This document shows, in pieces, positions 1-8,393 of a stretch of 64,000 nucleotides of DNA. The stretch is from Dehalococcoidia bacterium (lineage in GTDB: Bacteria > Chloroflexota > Dehalococcoidia > Lucifugimonadales > Australimonadaceae). Position numbers and translations under genes: made by a program. Within the stretch, counting starts at the first letter, position 1; the number at the start of each line of letters is the position of its first letter. The stretch covers positions 2,403,362 to 2,467,361 of the forward strand of contig OZ220673.1 of NCBI GenBank assembly GCA_965116305.1, given 5' to 3'. The notes beneath the pieces are model-generated. The model saw only the letters and a list, made by a program, of their open reading frames with translations, was not told the DNA's origin and did not search any database.

Positions 1-434
1 ATACGCGGCATATCGCGGACATGGGCGGGCTTTCGGGCCGCATGCCGCTCATCGCCATCGGGTTCATGATCGCGGGGCTGGCGTCGCTCGGCCTGCCGAC
101 GACGAGCGGCTTCGTCGCGGAGATCATGGTGTTCCTCGGCACATTCCCGGCGTACGGGCTGGCGACCGCGCTGTGCGCGTTCGGCGTCGTGCTCGCGGCG
201 GGCTACATCCTGTGGACGGCGCAGCGCACGATGTTCGGCCCGCCCCTGGAGCGGTGGGCGCACCTCGAGGACGCGTCGCGCGTGGACGTCGCCGCGATGG
301 GCGTCCTCATCGTGCCCATCTTCGTGTTCGGGGTCTACCCGGCGCTGCTGACGGACGTGTTCGACGCCGGCATCGCGCCTATCATCACGTCCTTCGCCGA
401 GAGCGCATCCCTCGTTGCGGGGCGGGGAGGCTAG
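1..434 (+). CDS. nuoM: NADH-quinone oxidoreductase subunit M, C-terminal fragment (5' end outside window)
   Basis: ORF 21..434, with the frame open back to base 3. ...RMPLIAIGFMIAGLASLGLPTTSGFVAEIMVFLG... is a typical NuoM/ND4 C-terminus. nuoN follows 3 nt later. Confidence 0.85.
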   Translation, partial: TRHIADMGGLSGRMPLIAIGFMIAGLASLGLPTTSGFVAEIMVFLGTFPAYGLATALCAFGVVLAAGYILWTAQRTMFGPPLERWAHLEDASRVDVAAMGVLIVPIFVFGVYPALLTDVFDAGIAPIITSFAESASLVAGRGG

Positions 435-437
435 CGC

Positions 438-1976
438 GTGGGCATCGCGGGCAGAGACCTCTTCCTCATCGCACCGGAGCTTGCGCTCGTGGTTGCCGCG
501 ACCGTCGTGGTGCTGTCCGGCCTGGTCTCCCGGCAGCGGCAGCTGACGCTGGGGCTCGCGCTGCTCGGGCTCGCCGCGACGTTCGCATTCGGCATCGCGC
601 TGTGGGACGACGTGCACGCGAACGGGGCGCAGTCCGCCTTCAACCACTCGCTGGTGGTGGACAAGTTCGCGCTCTACATCAAGTTCCTCGTCGCGGGGAC
701 GGCGGCGCTCGTCCTCATCGCAGGGTTGGAGTACGCGGAGCGCCTCCGTCCCTACGAGTCGGAGTTCAGCGGGCTGGTGCTCTTCTCGGCCAGCGGACTG
801 ATGCTGCTGGCAGCGGCAGCCGACCTCATCACCATCTACGTCTCGCTGGAGCTCGCCACGCTGCCGGTGGTGGCGCTGGCCGCGTTCGTCAGGATGCGCG
901 TCGCGCCCATCGAGGCAGGCGTGAAGTACCTGCTGCTCTCCGCCGTGTCGTCGGCGTTCCTGCTGTACGGGTTCGCGTTCCTGTACGGCGCGTCGGGAAC
1001 GATGCAGGTGGTGAGCAGCGGCGACGCCCCCACCATCGCGCAGTCGCTTGCCGCAGGAACCTCAGCAGTGCCGTTCGGGGGGCTCGCGGTGATGGCGGGC
1101 GCCGTGCTCGCTACCGCCGGTTTCGGCTTCAAGCTGTCCATGGTCCCCTTCCAGATGTGGACGCCGGACGTGTACGAGGGCGCGCCCACGCCTGTCGGGG
1201 CGTTCCTGGCGACGGCAAGCAAAGCCGCCGCGTTCGCCGTCGTGCTGCGCCTGTTCTACGAGGCGCTCGGCGGATCGTCGGCAGACTGGTCGACGCTGTT
1301 CGCGGCACTCGCGGCGATCACGATGACGATAGGGAACCTCGTGGCCGTCATTCAGAGCAACGTGAAGCGCCTGCTGGGCTACAGCGCCATCGCCCACGCG
1401 GGCTACATGCTCATCGGCGTCGCAGCCGTGACGGCTCATGGACAGGACACGCCGGACCCGACCGGCATCACGAGCGTCCTCTTCTATCTGGCGGGCTACG
1501 CGGCGATGACGCTGGCGGCGTTCTTCGCCGTCCTCATGCTCACGCAGCGTACCGGCGACGAGCGCATCGAGGCGATGGCGGGCATGGGGAGGCGCGCTCC
1601 GCTCGCGGCGCTGGTGCTGGCCGTCGCGTTGCTGGGTCTCACCGGCATCCCCCCAACAGTGGGGTTCATGGGCAAACTGTTCCTGTTCAACGCCGCGGTG
1701 AACTCCGGGCTCGTATGGCTCGCGGTTGTCGGAGCGGTCAACTCGGTCGTCTCCGCTTACTACTACGTCGGCATCATCCGGACGATGTACCTGCGCCAGC
1801 CCCCCTCCTCCGTCGTTCCTGCGGAGGCAGGGACCTCGCAGCCCACGCCCATCGCCGCGGCGTTCTCCGGAAGGCTCGCGCTGGTGGTAACGCTGGCAGC
1901 GATCCTCGTGCTGGGGTTCTGGCCGGGCGGTCTGCTCGAAGTGGCGCGCACCGCCGCGAGTGGGCTGGTCCCGTAA
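438..1976 (+). CDS. nuoN: NADH-quinone oxidoreductase subunit N
   Basis: 512 aa polytopic membrane protein with a GTG start. ...KLSMVPFQMWTPDVYEGAPTPV...LLGYSAIAHAGYML... is NuoN/ND2-like. It lies directly after nuoM. Confidence 0.9.
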   Translation: MGIAGRDLFLIAPELALVVAATVVVLSGLVSRQRQLTLGLALLGLAATFAFGIALWDDVHANGAQSAFNHSLVVDKFALYIKFLVAGTAALVLIAGLEYAERLRPYESEFSGLVLFSASGLMLLAAAADLITIYVSLELATLPVVALAAFVRMRVAPIEAGVKYLLLSAVSSAFLLYGFAFLYGASGTMQVVSSGDAPTIAQSLAAGTSAVPFGGLAVMAGAVLATAGFGFKLSMVPFQMWTPDVYEGAPTPVGAFLATASKAAAFAVVLRLFYEALGGSSADWSTLFAALAAITMTIGNLVAVIQSNVKRLLGYSAIAHAGYMLIGVAAVTAHGQDTPDPTGITSVLFYLAGYAAMTLAAFFAVLMLTQRTGDERIEAMAGMGRRAPLAALVLAVALLGLTGIPPTVGFMGKLFLFNAAVNSGLVWLAVVGAVNSVVSAYYYVGIIRTMYLRQPPSSVVPAEAGTSQPTPIAAAFSGRLALVVTLAAILVLGFWPGGLLEVARTAASGLVP

Positions 1977-1986
1977 AGCCCTCTCT

Positions 1987-2217
1987 CTAGGACGCGCGGA
2001 GCAGGTCGACAATCGTTACGATCGCAATGATGGCGACGGCGGCAGTGCTCACGTAGGTGGTCCAGCCGAGTCTGCCCATAGCGTTGCGCACAGCCTCGAT
2101 CTTCGTTTCGAGCGTCCGGTGCTCGGCCTCGTTGCGCCTCTCGAACTGGCGGAAAGTGGCGTTGGTCACCGGCGCGTCGTCGTCATGCGCGGGATGCGAT
2201 GGATTGCCCGTTGTCAT
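1987..2217 (-). CDS. small tail-anchored coiled-coil membrane protein (XhlA-like architecture), function unknown
   Basis: Taken from ORF 1987..2283, with the start moved to ATG 2217 (MTTGNPSH...) because AGGAGA lies 8-9 nt upstream. It has a charged helical segment, then W, then a C-terminal TM helix (AAVAIIAIVTIVDLL). Confidence 0.45.
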   Translation of the reverse strand: MTTGNPSHPAHDDDAPVTNATFRQFERRNEAEHRTLETKIEAVRNAMGRLGWTTYVSTAAVAIIAIVTIVDLLRAS

Positions 2218-2391
2218 GGCTGTCTCGTCTCCTGTGGAATTGTAGCACACCGCATCATAGGAAGCGCCGCGACCGCCGAACAATGCCCGGCTGTCACACC
2301 GTCTTCCGCTCCCTCACACGTCCGCTTCGTGGAGCCGGTCCCACGGCACGAGGCGTCCTTCCGTCCGTTCCTGCAGTACCGCAAAAACTCG

Positions 2392-2420
2392 GCTGATTCA
2401 AAATCCAACTTTGAATCAGC
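2392..2420 (-). terminator. AT-rich perfect 11-bp inverted repeat (GCTGATTCAAA / TTTGAATCAGC, 7-nt loop); on the minus strand it is followed 4 nt later by TTTTT
   Basis: Read directly from the sequence. On the minus strand the hairpin is followed by CGAGTTTTTGCGG. No minus-strand gene ends here, so the role (orphan terminator or operator) is unclear. Confidence 0.35.
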
Positions 2421-2480
2421 ACACTTTCTGTCGTTCGCTCTTCCGCCCGTACCCCGCGAACGAGATATCATGAGGCACCC

Positions 2481-3245
2481 GTGGAAGATGTAACCGCACA
2501 CCGCCTCTACACCGACCTCGCGCACCTGTGGCCGCTGATGAGCCCGCCGGAGGACTACGCAGACGAGGGCGACTGCTGGCGGGGCGAACTCCGCAAGCGC
2601 CTCGGCCCCGGCAGGGCGCACATCCTCGAGCTCGGCACGGGCGGCGGACACCTCCTGCACCACATCGCCGACGGCTTCGACGCGACCGCGGTGGACCTCT
2701 CCGAAGGGATGCTCGCGCACTCGCGCCGCCTGAACCCGGACGTAACGCACCACGTTGGCGACATGCGGACCGTCCGCCTCGGCGAGACGTTCCACGCCGT
2801 GCTCATCCACGACGCCATCGACTACATGACGACGGAAGACGACCTGCGCGCAGCCCTCGCGACGGCGAAGGCGCACCTGCGCCCCGGCGGCCTGCTGCTC
2901 ATGGCGCCGGACGATTACGTGGAGACGTTCACTCCGCCGCGCATATGGCACGAGACGCAGCGCAAGGCCGGAAGCGAGCTCACGTTTGTCGAGTACTCGT
3001 GCGACCCCGACCCGAACGACACCCAGATTGAGACGGTCTACGTGTTCTTCTTCCAGGAGAACGGCGCGTTGCGGGTGGAGGTGGACCGCCACACGACCGG
3101 GCTCTTTCCCGTCAGCACCTGGGAACGGCTGCTCATCGAGTCAGGTTTCGAAGCGGAGCGTATCGACTATCCCTACAGCGAGAACGGCAGCGAGGCGTAC
3201 CTGTGGATATGCACTGCGACCGACACAGCAGCTCGCGTAGAATGA
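2481..3245 (+). CDS. class I SAM-dependent methyltransferase
   Basis: 254 aa with a GTG start. Motif I is ILELGTGGGHLL, followed by AVDLSEGML and a post-II/III region ...FHAVLIHDAIDYM...LRPGGLLLMAPD. Confidence 0.8.
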   Translation: MEDVTAHRLYTDLAHLWPLMSPPEDYADEGDCWRGELRKRLGPGRAHILELGTGGGHLLHHIADGFDATAVDLSEGMLAHSRRLNPDVTHHVGDMRTVRLGETFHAVLIHDAIDYMTTEDDLRAALATAKAHLRPGGLLLMAPDDYVETFTPPRIWHETQRKAGSELTFVEYSCDPDPNDTQIETVYVFFFQENGALRVEVDRHTTGLFPVSTWERLLIESGFEAERIDYPYSENGSEAYLWICTATDTAARVE

Positions 3246-3282
3246 CGCGCACGACAGACGCATCGAGAGGGGAGAACGGAGC

Positions 3283-4104
3283 ATGGTGGAAGGCATAGAA
3301 GGCCGCGTGGCCATCGTTACCGGCGCGGGGCGCGGCATCGGGCAGGGCGTCGCCCTGCGGCTGGCGAAAGAGGGTGCAAGCGTCGTGGCGAACGACCTCG
3401 ACCAGGGCCCACTGGACGACACCCTGCGGCAGATCGGAGAGGCGGGGGGGAGCGCAGTGGGGCTCGCGGCATCCGTGACGGATGCGGACATCGGCGAGCG
3501 GCTGGCGTCGCTGGCGGTGGAGCGGTTCGGCGGGCTGCACATCGTCGTAACGGCGGCCGGCTTCCTCTGGGACGGGATGATCCACCGGATGACGGACGAA
3601 CAGTTCAACGCCATCGTCGACGTGCACCTCGGCGGAACGTTCCGCGTCGTGCGCGACTCGTTCAAGGTGATGCGTGAACACGCACGCCAGGAGAAGGAGC
3701 GCGGCGAGGCCGTGCCCGCCCGGCATATCGTGACCATCTCGTCGCTCTCCGGGTTCGGGAACCTCGGCCAGGCGAACTACTCCGCAGCGAAGGCCGGGAT
3801 CGCGGGGCTCACGCGAACGGTGGCGATAGAGGGCGCGATGTTCAACGTGCTGGCGAACTCGATGGCGTTCGGGTTCATCGACACGCGGATGACGCGCGCG
3901 ATGGAGTCGCAGAGCGAGTTCGTGAGCGGGGCGCCGCAAGGCATACCGGAAGCGGCACGCAACAGGGCGCTCGAAGTGATACCGCTGAAGCGCGCCGCGG
4001 CGGTCGAGGAAGCCGTCGGGCCGATCGTCTTCCTCTGCTCCGACCTCTCGACCTACGTAACAGGAGCGCTGCTCGAAGTGAACGGCGGCGTGCACATCTC
4101 GTAG
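3283..4104 (+). CDS. short-chain dehydrogenase/reductase (FabG-like)
   Basis: 273 aa. It has the TGAGRGIG Rossmann motif and the catalytic YSAAK motif (NYSAAKAGIAGLTR). Confidence 0.85.
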   Translation: MVEGIEGRVAIVTGAGRGIGQGVALRLAKEGASVVANDLDQGPLDDTLRQIGEAGGSAVGLAASVTDADIGERLASLAVERFGGLHIVVTAAGFLWDGMIHRMTDEQFNAIVDVHLGGTFRVVRDSFKVMREHARQEKERGEAVPARHIVTISSLSGFGNLGQANYSAAKAGIAGLTRTVAIEGAMFNVLANSMAFGFIDTRMTRAMESQSEFVSGAPQGIPEAARNRALEVIPLKRAAAVEEAVGPIVFLCSDLSTYVTGALLEVNGGVHIS

Positions 4105-4164
4105 CGGGGGAGAGCGGCGCTGGTCGAGTCGTTCGAAGAGTATGAGATCAAGCCGCGTATCCAC

Positions 4165-4530
4165 GTGGTGGAGTACGTGCGGCTCCGGCGTTGCAGCCAG
4201 ACGCTGGCGTTCATGCGATTGTCCATGCGCGTCTACCATGAGGCGGCCGAGGCTCCGGGATACTACGCCGGGGGCATCCGCGCGAAGTGGTGGCGGGGCG
4301 AGTTCTACAGCTACACGATCTGGGAAGACCGCGAGGCGATGACTGCTTTCGTGCACTCTGCGCCGCACACAGAGGCGGCAGCCCTTGTCTCGGAGTTCGC
4401 CGCGCCGGGCTCCTGCTACACGGAGTTCGTGAGCGACACGCCGCCGGACTGGGACGACGCCCGTCGACGCCTCTCCACTCCAACGGCCTATTTCACGCCG
4501 CCACTCCGGGGGGACCTCCGCAACCGCTAG
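4165..4530 (+). CDS. small ABM/DUF3291-like domain protein
   Basis: 121 aa. ...FYSYTIWEDREAMTAFVHSAPHTEAA... resembles the WxxxxAxxxFxxxxxH signature of DUF3291/ABM-fold proteins. Start is uncertain (GTG 4165). Confidence 0.5.
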   Translation: MVEYVRLRRCSQTLAFMRLSMRVYHEAAEAPGYYAGGIRAKWWRGEFYSYTIWEDREAMTAFVHSAPHTEAAALVSEFAAPGSCYTEFVSDTPPDWDDARRRLSTPTAYFTPPLRGDLRNR

Positions 4531-5177
4531 AAGAAATCGTGCAGGCGGTCCTTCAGCAGGGCGTGAACGCCGGCAAGCAGCAGCACCATCGTCATCAGGA
4601 ACACCGCCAGCTCCCAGTCCAGGCCGTGCGCGACGATGGCCAGGGCGGTACCCGCGGCAGGCGCATGCTCCGTATCGGTCAACGCCATCAGCAGCATCGC
4701 CAGGCCGACGGCGAGGGCGGCGTAGAAGCCGAACAGCAGGGAGAAGTCGCCGGTGAACTGCGTCCCGGTGACGTACTCGGCGAAGAAGTCGACGAGCGAC
4801 GCAGCAGCAACGGCCACCGCGTGTCCGCCGATGCTGTGCCGTGGGTGCGCAGTCGTGCTACGCGGGCCGATGAAGAGGATGAACGCGGTTGAGGCGATGG
4901 CGGCGACGAGGACAGCGCGGGCAACACTATCCCCGGTGATGAGGTCTGCCGCCCAGAGGGCCAGCATGAGCGATACCGCGGCGAGCCCCACCTGGAAGAA
5001 GTAGACGCGCAGCAGGATACGGCCGCGTGCGCCGCGCGTGAGCCTCGGATTGATGAGGCGGGACCTCCATTGCGCCGGTCGAAGGCGGCGTTCCGGGAGG
5101 CGCGTCGTACGGGTTTGAGCCTTCTGACGGAGGGGGACCCGAACCCTTGCTATCGGGTTGAATCGTCGCCTCATCAT
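4527..5177 (-). CDS. HPP-family integral membrane protein with a basic N-terminal extension
   Basis: 216 aa. It has several TM helices and an HPP-like motif region (TTAHPRHSIGGH ... TEHAPAAGTALAI). Its ATG abuts the stop of the upstream gene (5177/5178). Confidence 0.65.
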   Translation of the reverse strand: MMRRRFNPIARVRVPLRQKAQTRTTRLPERRLRPAQWRSRLINPRLTRGARGRILLRVYFFQVGLAAVSLMLALWAADLITGDSVARAVLVAAIASTAFILFIGPRSTTAHPRHSIGGHAVAVAAASLVDFFAEYVTGTQFTGDFSLLFGFYAALAVGLAMLLMALTDTEHAPAAGTALAIVAHGLDWELAVFLMTMVLLLAGVHALLKDRLHDFF

Positions 5178-5879
5178 TCACCGGAAGAGGGCGAAGAAGC
5201 GGTCCTGGTACTCATCGAACAGGTCCCAGCGTTCGATCTCCCGGTGAACGTCGCGCGGCTCCCGCTGGCCGCTCCGTGCCTCTTCGAGCATCCGTTCGAT
5301 GCGCAGACGGGCTTCCATCGGAACGCCGCCTTCCGTGCGAAGCAATCCCTGGGCGCGCATCTCGGATACATTCGTCTGCGCAGACTGGGTCGTGAACTCG
5401 TAGATGAACTTCATCAACGAAAGGTCCCACAGGTCGTCGGAGCCGGTTATCACGGCCTCCAGCGGCTTGCGCTCCTTGTCCAGCCGGTCGACGATCTTGC
5501 GCGTCACTTCCTCGACCGTCCCTGAAACGACGGCGGTCTCTGCACCCTCGTTCTTGTAGTGGTACATCAGGCCCGGATGGTCCGGCCCGATCTCCTCGGC
5601 GAGGCGCTGCAGGTAGCGGTCGGCGTTGTCGCCGAAGCCTTCGTGCCGCAGCAGGTAGTACGGCGTGACTACCCGGGGACGCTCCGCACGCACGACACCC
5701 TCGCGTACTACCGATTCCTCATGCCCGTCCTGAGGGGCGTCTAGGTCTCGATACGAGGGCTCGGTCACCAGGTAGTAGCGGACGGACGTCGACCCGAACG
5801 TCGCGAGCCCCTGCTGGGGAAGCCTGACAACGCGGGTACTGGCGATGGCCTCCATGAAGCGTACGTCCTGCTCGTCCAT
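5178..5879 (-). CDS. hypothetical soluble protein (233 aa), no family recognised
   Basis: Clean ORF with a plausible composition. Its stop abuts the HPP gene start, so an operon is inferred. Confidence 0.6.
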   Translation of the reverse strand: MDEQDVRFMEAIASTRVVRLPQQGLATFGSTSVRYYLVTEPSYRDLDAPQDGHEESVVREGVVRAERPRVVTPYYLLRHEGFGDNADRYLQRLAEEIGPDHPGLMYHYKNEGAETAVVSGTVEEVTRKIVDRLDKERKPLEAVITGSDDLWDLSLMKFIYEFTTQSAQTNVSEMRAQGLLRTEGGVPMEARLRIERMLEEARSGQREPRDVHREIERWDLFDEYQDRFFALFR

Positions 5880-6024
5880 GCCTCCATTATAGTCCGGGGG
5901 CCGTCGTGATGGGCCGCATCAGGCATGCCATTCCGCACGTACCGCCCGGCTTTGACGATCGCTTGCCTTGACCATCTCCACCGCGACTGGTAACCATGCT
6001 GCAATCACCTAAGGAGGAAGACGT

Positions 6025-6345
6025 ATGGCCAAGTACCTGTTCGAGGCGGATTACACCCAGGGAGGCACCACCGGCCTGCTGAAGGAGGGGGGCACGCAAC
6101 GGCGGGCAGCTCTCGCTGCGGCCATCGAAAGCGTCGGCGGCACGCTGGAGTCGTTCTACTATGCGTTCGGGAGGAACGATCTGTACATCGTCGCAGACCT
6201 TCCCGGTGACGCGGCGGCGGCGGCCGTCTCGTTGCACGTCGGCGCTGCCGGCGCACTCACCGTCAGCACCACCGTGCTGGTGACGCCGGAGACGATAGAC
6301 GAAGCGGTCGGCAAGAACGTGGCCTACCGGGCTCCGGGCGCCTAG
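6025..6345 (+). CDS. GYD-domain protein
   Basis: 106 aa. MAKYLFEADYTQGG...FYYAFGRNDLYIVADLPGD matches the GYD family pattern. A strong SD (AAGGAGGA) lies upstream. Confidence 0.75.
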   Translation: MAKYLFEADYTQGGTTGLLKEGGTQRRAALAAAIESVGGTLESFYYAFGRNDLYIVADLPGDAAAAAVSLHVGAAGALTVSTTVLVTPETIDEAVGKNVAYRAPGA

Positions 6346-6396
6346 TGCGCATACTGTCCGCATGACGCGGAGGTTCTGGTTAGAATCTCCCGCGTT

Positions 6397-6774
6397 ATGC
6401 GGACGCGAGCACAACCCGCCGCTGAGCGGTTCTGGGCTGCGATAGGGGAAGGAAGGTTCGATCTCCCCCGCTGCGGCATCTGCAGCGCGTGACAGGAGCC
6501 GGACGCGGAGGCATGCGAACGGTGCGGGTCGGCTGCGCTCGCGTGGGAGACCGCGTCGGCCGGCGGCACCGTGTTCAGCTCCATGGAACCGCTCAGCGGC
6601 GCAGACCAGCATCCGGTCACCATCGTCGTCGTGGACATGGACGCCGGCCTGCGGATGATGGGGGTCGTCGAAGCCGTGCCCGGGAGCGTGCCTGTTGGAA
6701 TGCGCGTCGCCGCCGTCGTCCCTGCCGTACCTGGAACAGCACGCCTCCCGTTGTTTGCGGAATCCGCCAACTAA
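6397..6774 (+). pseudogene. DUF35-type Zn-ribbon/OB-fold protein interrupted by one in-frame TGA (6490-6492)
   Basis: My own translation is MRTRAQPAAERFWAAIGEGRFDLPRCGICSA*QEPDAEACERCGSAALAWETASAGGTVFSS...DAGLRMMGVVEA...RVAAVV.... It has CxxC-x10-CxxC followed by the W..SG.GTV.S OB-fold signature. Total length is about 125 codons, as in intact DUF35 proteins. Confidence 0.6.
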
Positions 6775-6868
6775 AGAGCAAACGTATAACTGAAGCCGCA
6801 AGCTATAGAAATTATCTATACCTTGGCGTGTTTGAGGCCGTTCAGTTCTCCCAAGACCGCCCTTCCGT

Positions 6869-6898
6869 TTGCCCGCGGTACGTCGAGACCGCTATACT
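6869..6898 (+). promoter_or_regulatory. candidate sigma70-type promoter (TTGCCC-N18-TATACT) upstream of lpd
   Basis: The hexamers were read in the low-GC spacer 6775-6986, about 90 nt upstream of ATG 6987. Confidence 0.35.
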
Positions 6899-6986
6899 GC
6901 AACGACTCTCGTCGATGCCCTCTTGCCACTCGTTCTGGCGCCCTTCGCAAGGGGAGCGATACGGTCGCGAGCAAAAGATTTCGTCT

Positions 6987-8345
6987 ATGACAGACTACGA
7001 CGTTGCGGTCATCGGCTCAGGCCCGGGTGGATATCCTGCCGCGATTCGAGCCGCCCAATTGGGATTGAGCACCGTCTGCATCGAACGCGAGTTCCTCGGA
7101 GGCATATGCCTCAACCTGGGCTGCATCCCTTCCAAGGCGCTCATCCGCAACGCGGAAGTGTTGAGCACCGTCCGCAACGCCTCCGAGTACGGCATCGAGG
7201 TGAGCGGCGTCACGGCGAACTACGCGGTCGGCGTCGCCCGCAGCCGGAAGGTCGTGGAGCGCCTCACCAAGGGCGTCGCCTCGCTCTTCCGCCGCGACGG
7301 GGTTGCGTACGTGGAAGGCAACGCGACCATCACCGGCCCCCGCGAGGTTTCCGTGAACGGTGAACGGATCGGTTGCCGCAACATCATCATCGCAACAGGA
7401 GCCCGGCCTGCCCTTCCTCCACCCCTGGCCGCAGACGGCGAGGTAGTGGTGACGTACAGAGAGGTCATCGTCGACGAACGAGTCCCCGGTCGAGTGGTGA
7501 TCGTCGGCGGCGGGGCCACCGGCATCGAGTTCGCCTACCTCTACAACGTCTACGGCGCCCAGGTGACGCTGGTCGAGTTCCTGCCGCGCATACTGCCGAA
7601 AGAGGACGAGGAGATATCGCATGCGCTGTCCCGCGCGCTGGGAAGCCAGGGGATACGCCTCCTCACCGGCGCTTCAGTCACGGCCGTTGCCGTGCAGAAC
7701 GGCACAGCGCGGGTGACCATCGCCGCAGCGGACGAGACGCTCGAGGTCGAAGCGGACCGCGTTCTCGTTGCGGCGGGCATAACCCCGAACACGGACGGGC
7801 TTGGCGTTGAGCATGCCGGCGGGACCCTGGAACGCGGGTTCATCCGGGTGGACGATCACCTGCGTGTGAACAGCGAGAACGTCTACGCGGTGGGCGACGT
7901 GAACGGACGCCTGCCCCTCGCTCACGTGGCGCACGCCGAGGGCGTCTACGCGGCGGAGCAGATCGGCGGACTGGAGCCGCCTGCGTTAGACTACCCGGGC
8001 ATGCCGCGCGCCACCTACTGCAACCCGCAGGTGGCGAGCATAGGGCTGACAGAGTCGGAGGCGCGTGAGCAGGGCTATCCGGTAAAGGTGGGCAAGTTCC
8101 CATTCCTCGCGAACGGGAAGGCGCTCGCCGTTGGACACAGGGAGGGATTCGCTAAAATCGTGGCCGACTCCTCCACAGGGGAGTTGCTCGGCGCGCACCT
8201 GATAGGACACGAGGTAACGGAGCTGCTGGGCGAACTGAGCATGGCCCGGCTGCTCGACGGAACGGATGTCGAGATCGGGAGGCTGGTGAACGTTCATCCC
8301 AGCATGTCCGAGGCAGTGAAGGAAGCAGCGCTGGCCGCCGTGTAG
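6987..8345 (+). CDS. lpdA: dihydrolipoyl dehydrogenase
   Basis: The start is set at MTDYDVAVIGSGPGGY inside ORF 6489..8345. It has the redox-active GGICLNLGCIPSK motif, an NAD-binding VIVGGGATGIEFA motif and a C-terminal HPSMSE interface motif. Confidence 0.9.
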   Translation: MTDYDVAVIGSGPGGYPAAIRAAQLGLSTVCIEREFLGGICLNLGCIPSKALIRNAEVLSTVRNASEYGIEVSGVTANYAVGVARSRKVVERLTKGVASLFRRDGVAYVEGNATITGPREVSVNGERIGCRNIIIATGARPALPPPLAADGEVVVTYREVIVDERVPGRVVIVGGGATGIEFAYLYNVYGAQVTLVEFLPRILPKEDEEISHALSRALGSQGIRLLTGASVTAVAVQNGTARVTIAAADETLEVEADRVLVAAGITPNTDGLGVEHAGGTLERGFIRVDDHLRVNSENVYAVGDVNGRLPLAHVAHAEGVYAAEQIGGLEPPALDYPGMPRATYCNPQVASIGLTESEAREQGYPVKVGKFPFLANGKALAVGHREGFAKIVADSSTGELLGAHLIGHEVTELLGELSMARLLDGTDVEIGRLVNVHPSMSEAVKEAALAAV

Positions 8346-8393
8346 CGGAGCGGCGGGCGGCAGACCGACATAGAAGTACGGCCCACAGGCCGA

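Noticed and set aside
173-1990. 605-aa Arg/Gly/Ala-rich ORF on the plus strand overlapping nuoM/nuoN in another frame.
   Set aside because: This is a typical high-GC shadow ORF. Its composition is extremely Arg/Pro/Gly-rich, and the nuoN frame has a clear membrane-protein signature.
6490-6560. SECIS element downstream of the in-frame TGA of the DUF35 gene.
   Set aside because: Only an imperfect, bulged stem could be drawn by hand. Without a proper search and sel genes, it is not strong enough to call selenocysteine. It is kept as an open alternative in the finding.
6342-6770. 142-aa minus-strand ORF, and the 67-aa plus-strand ORF 6571..6774 as independent genes.
   Set aside because: The plus-strand frame 6397-6774 reads as one DUF35 protein apart from a single TGA. 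The 67-aa ORF is just its distal part, and the minus-strand ORF is a shadow.
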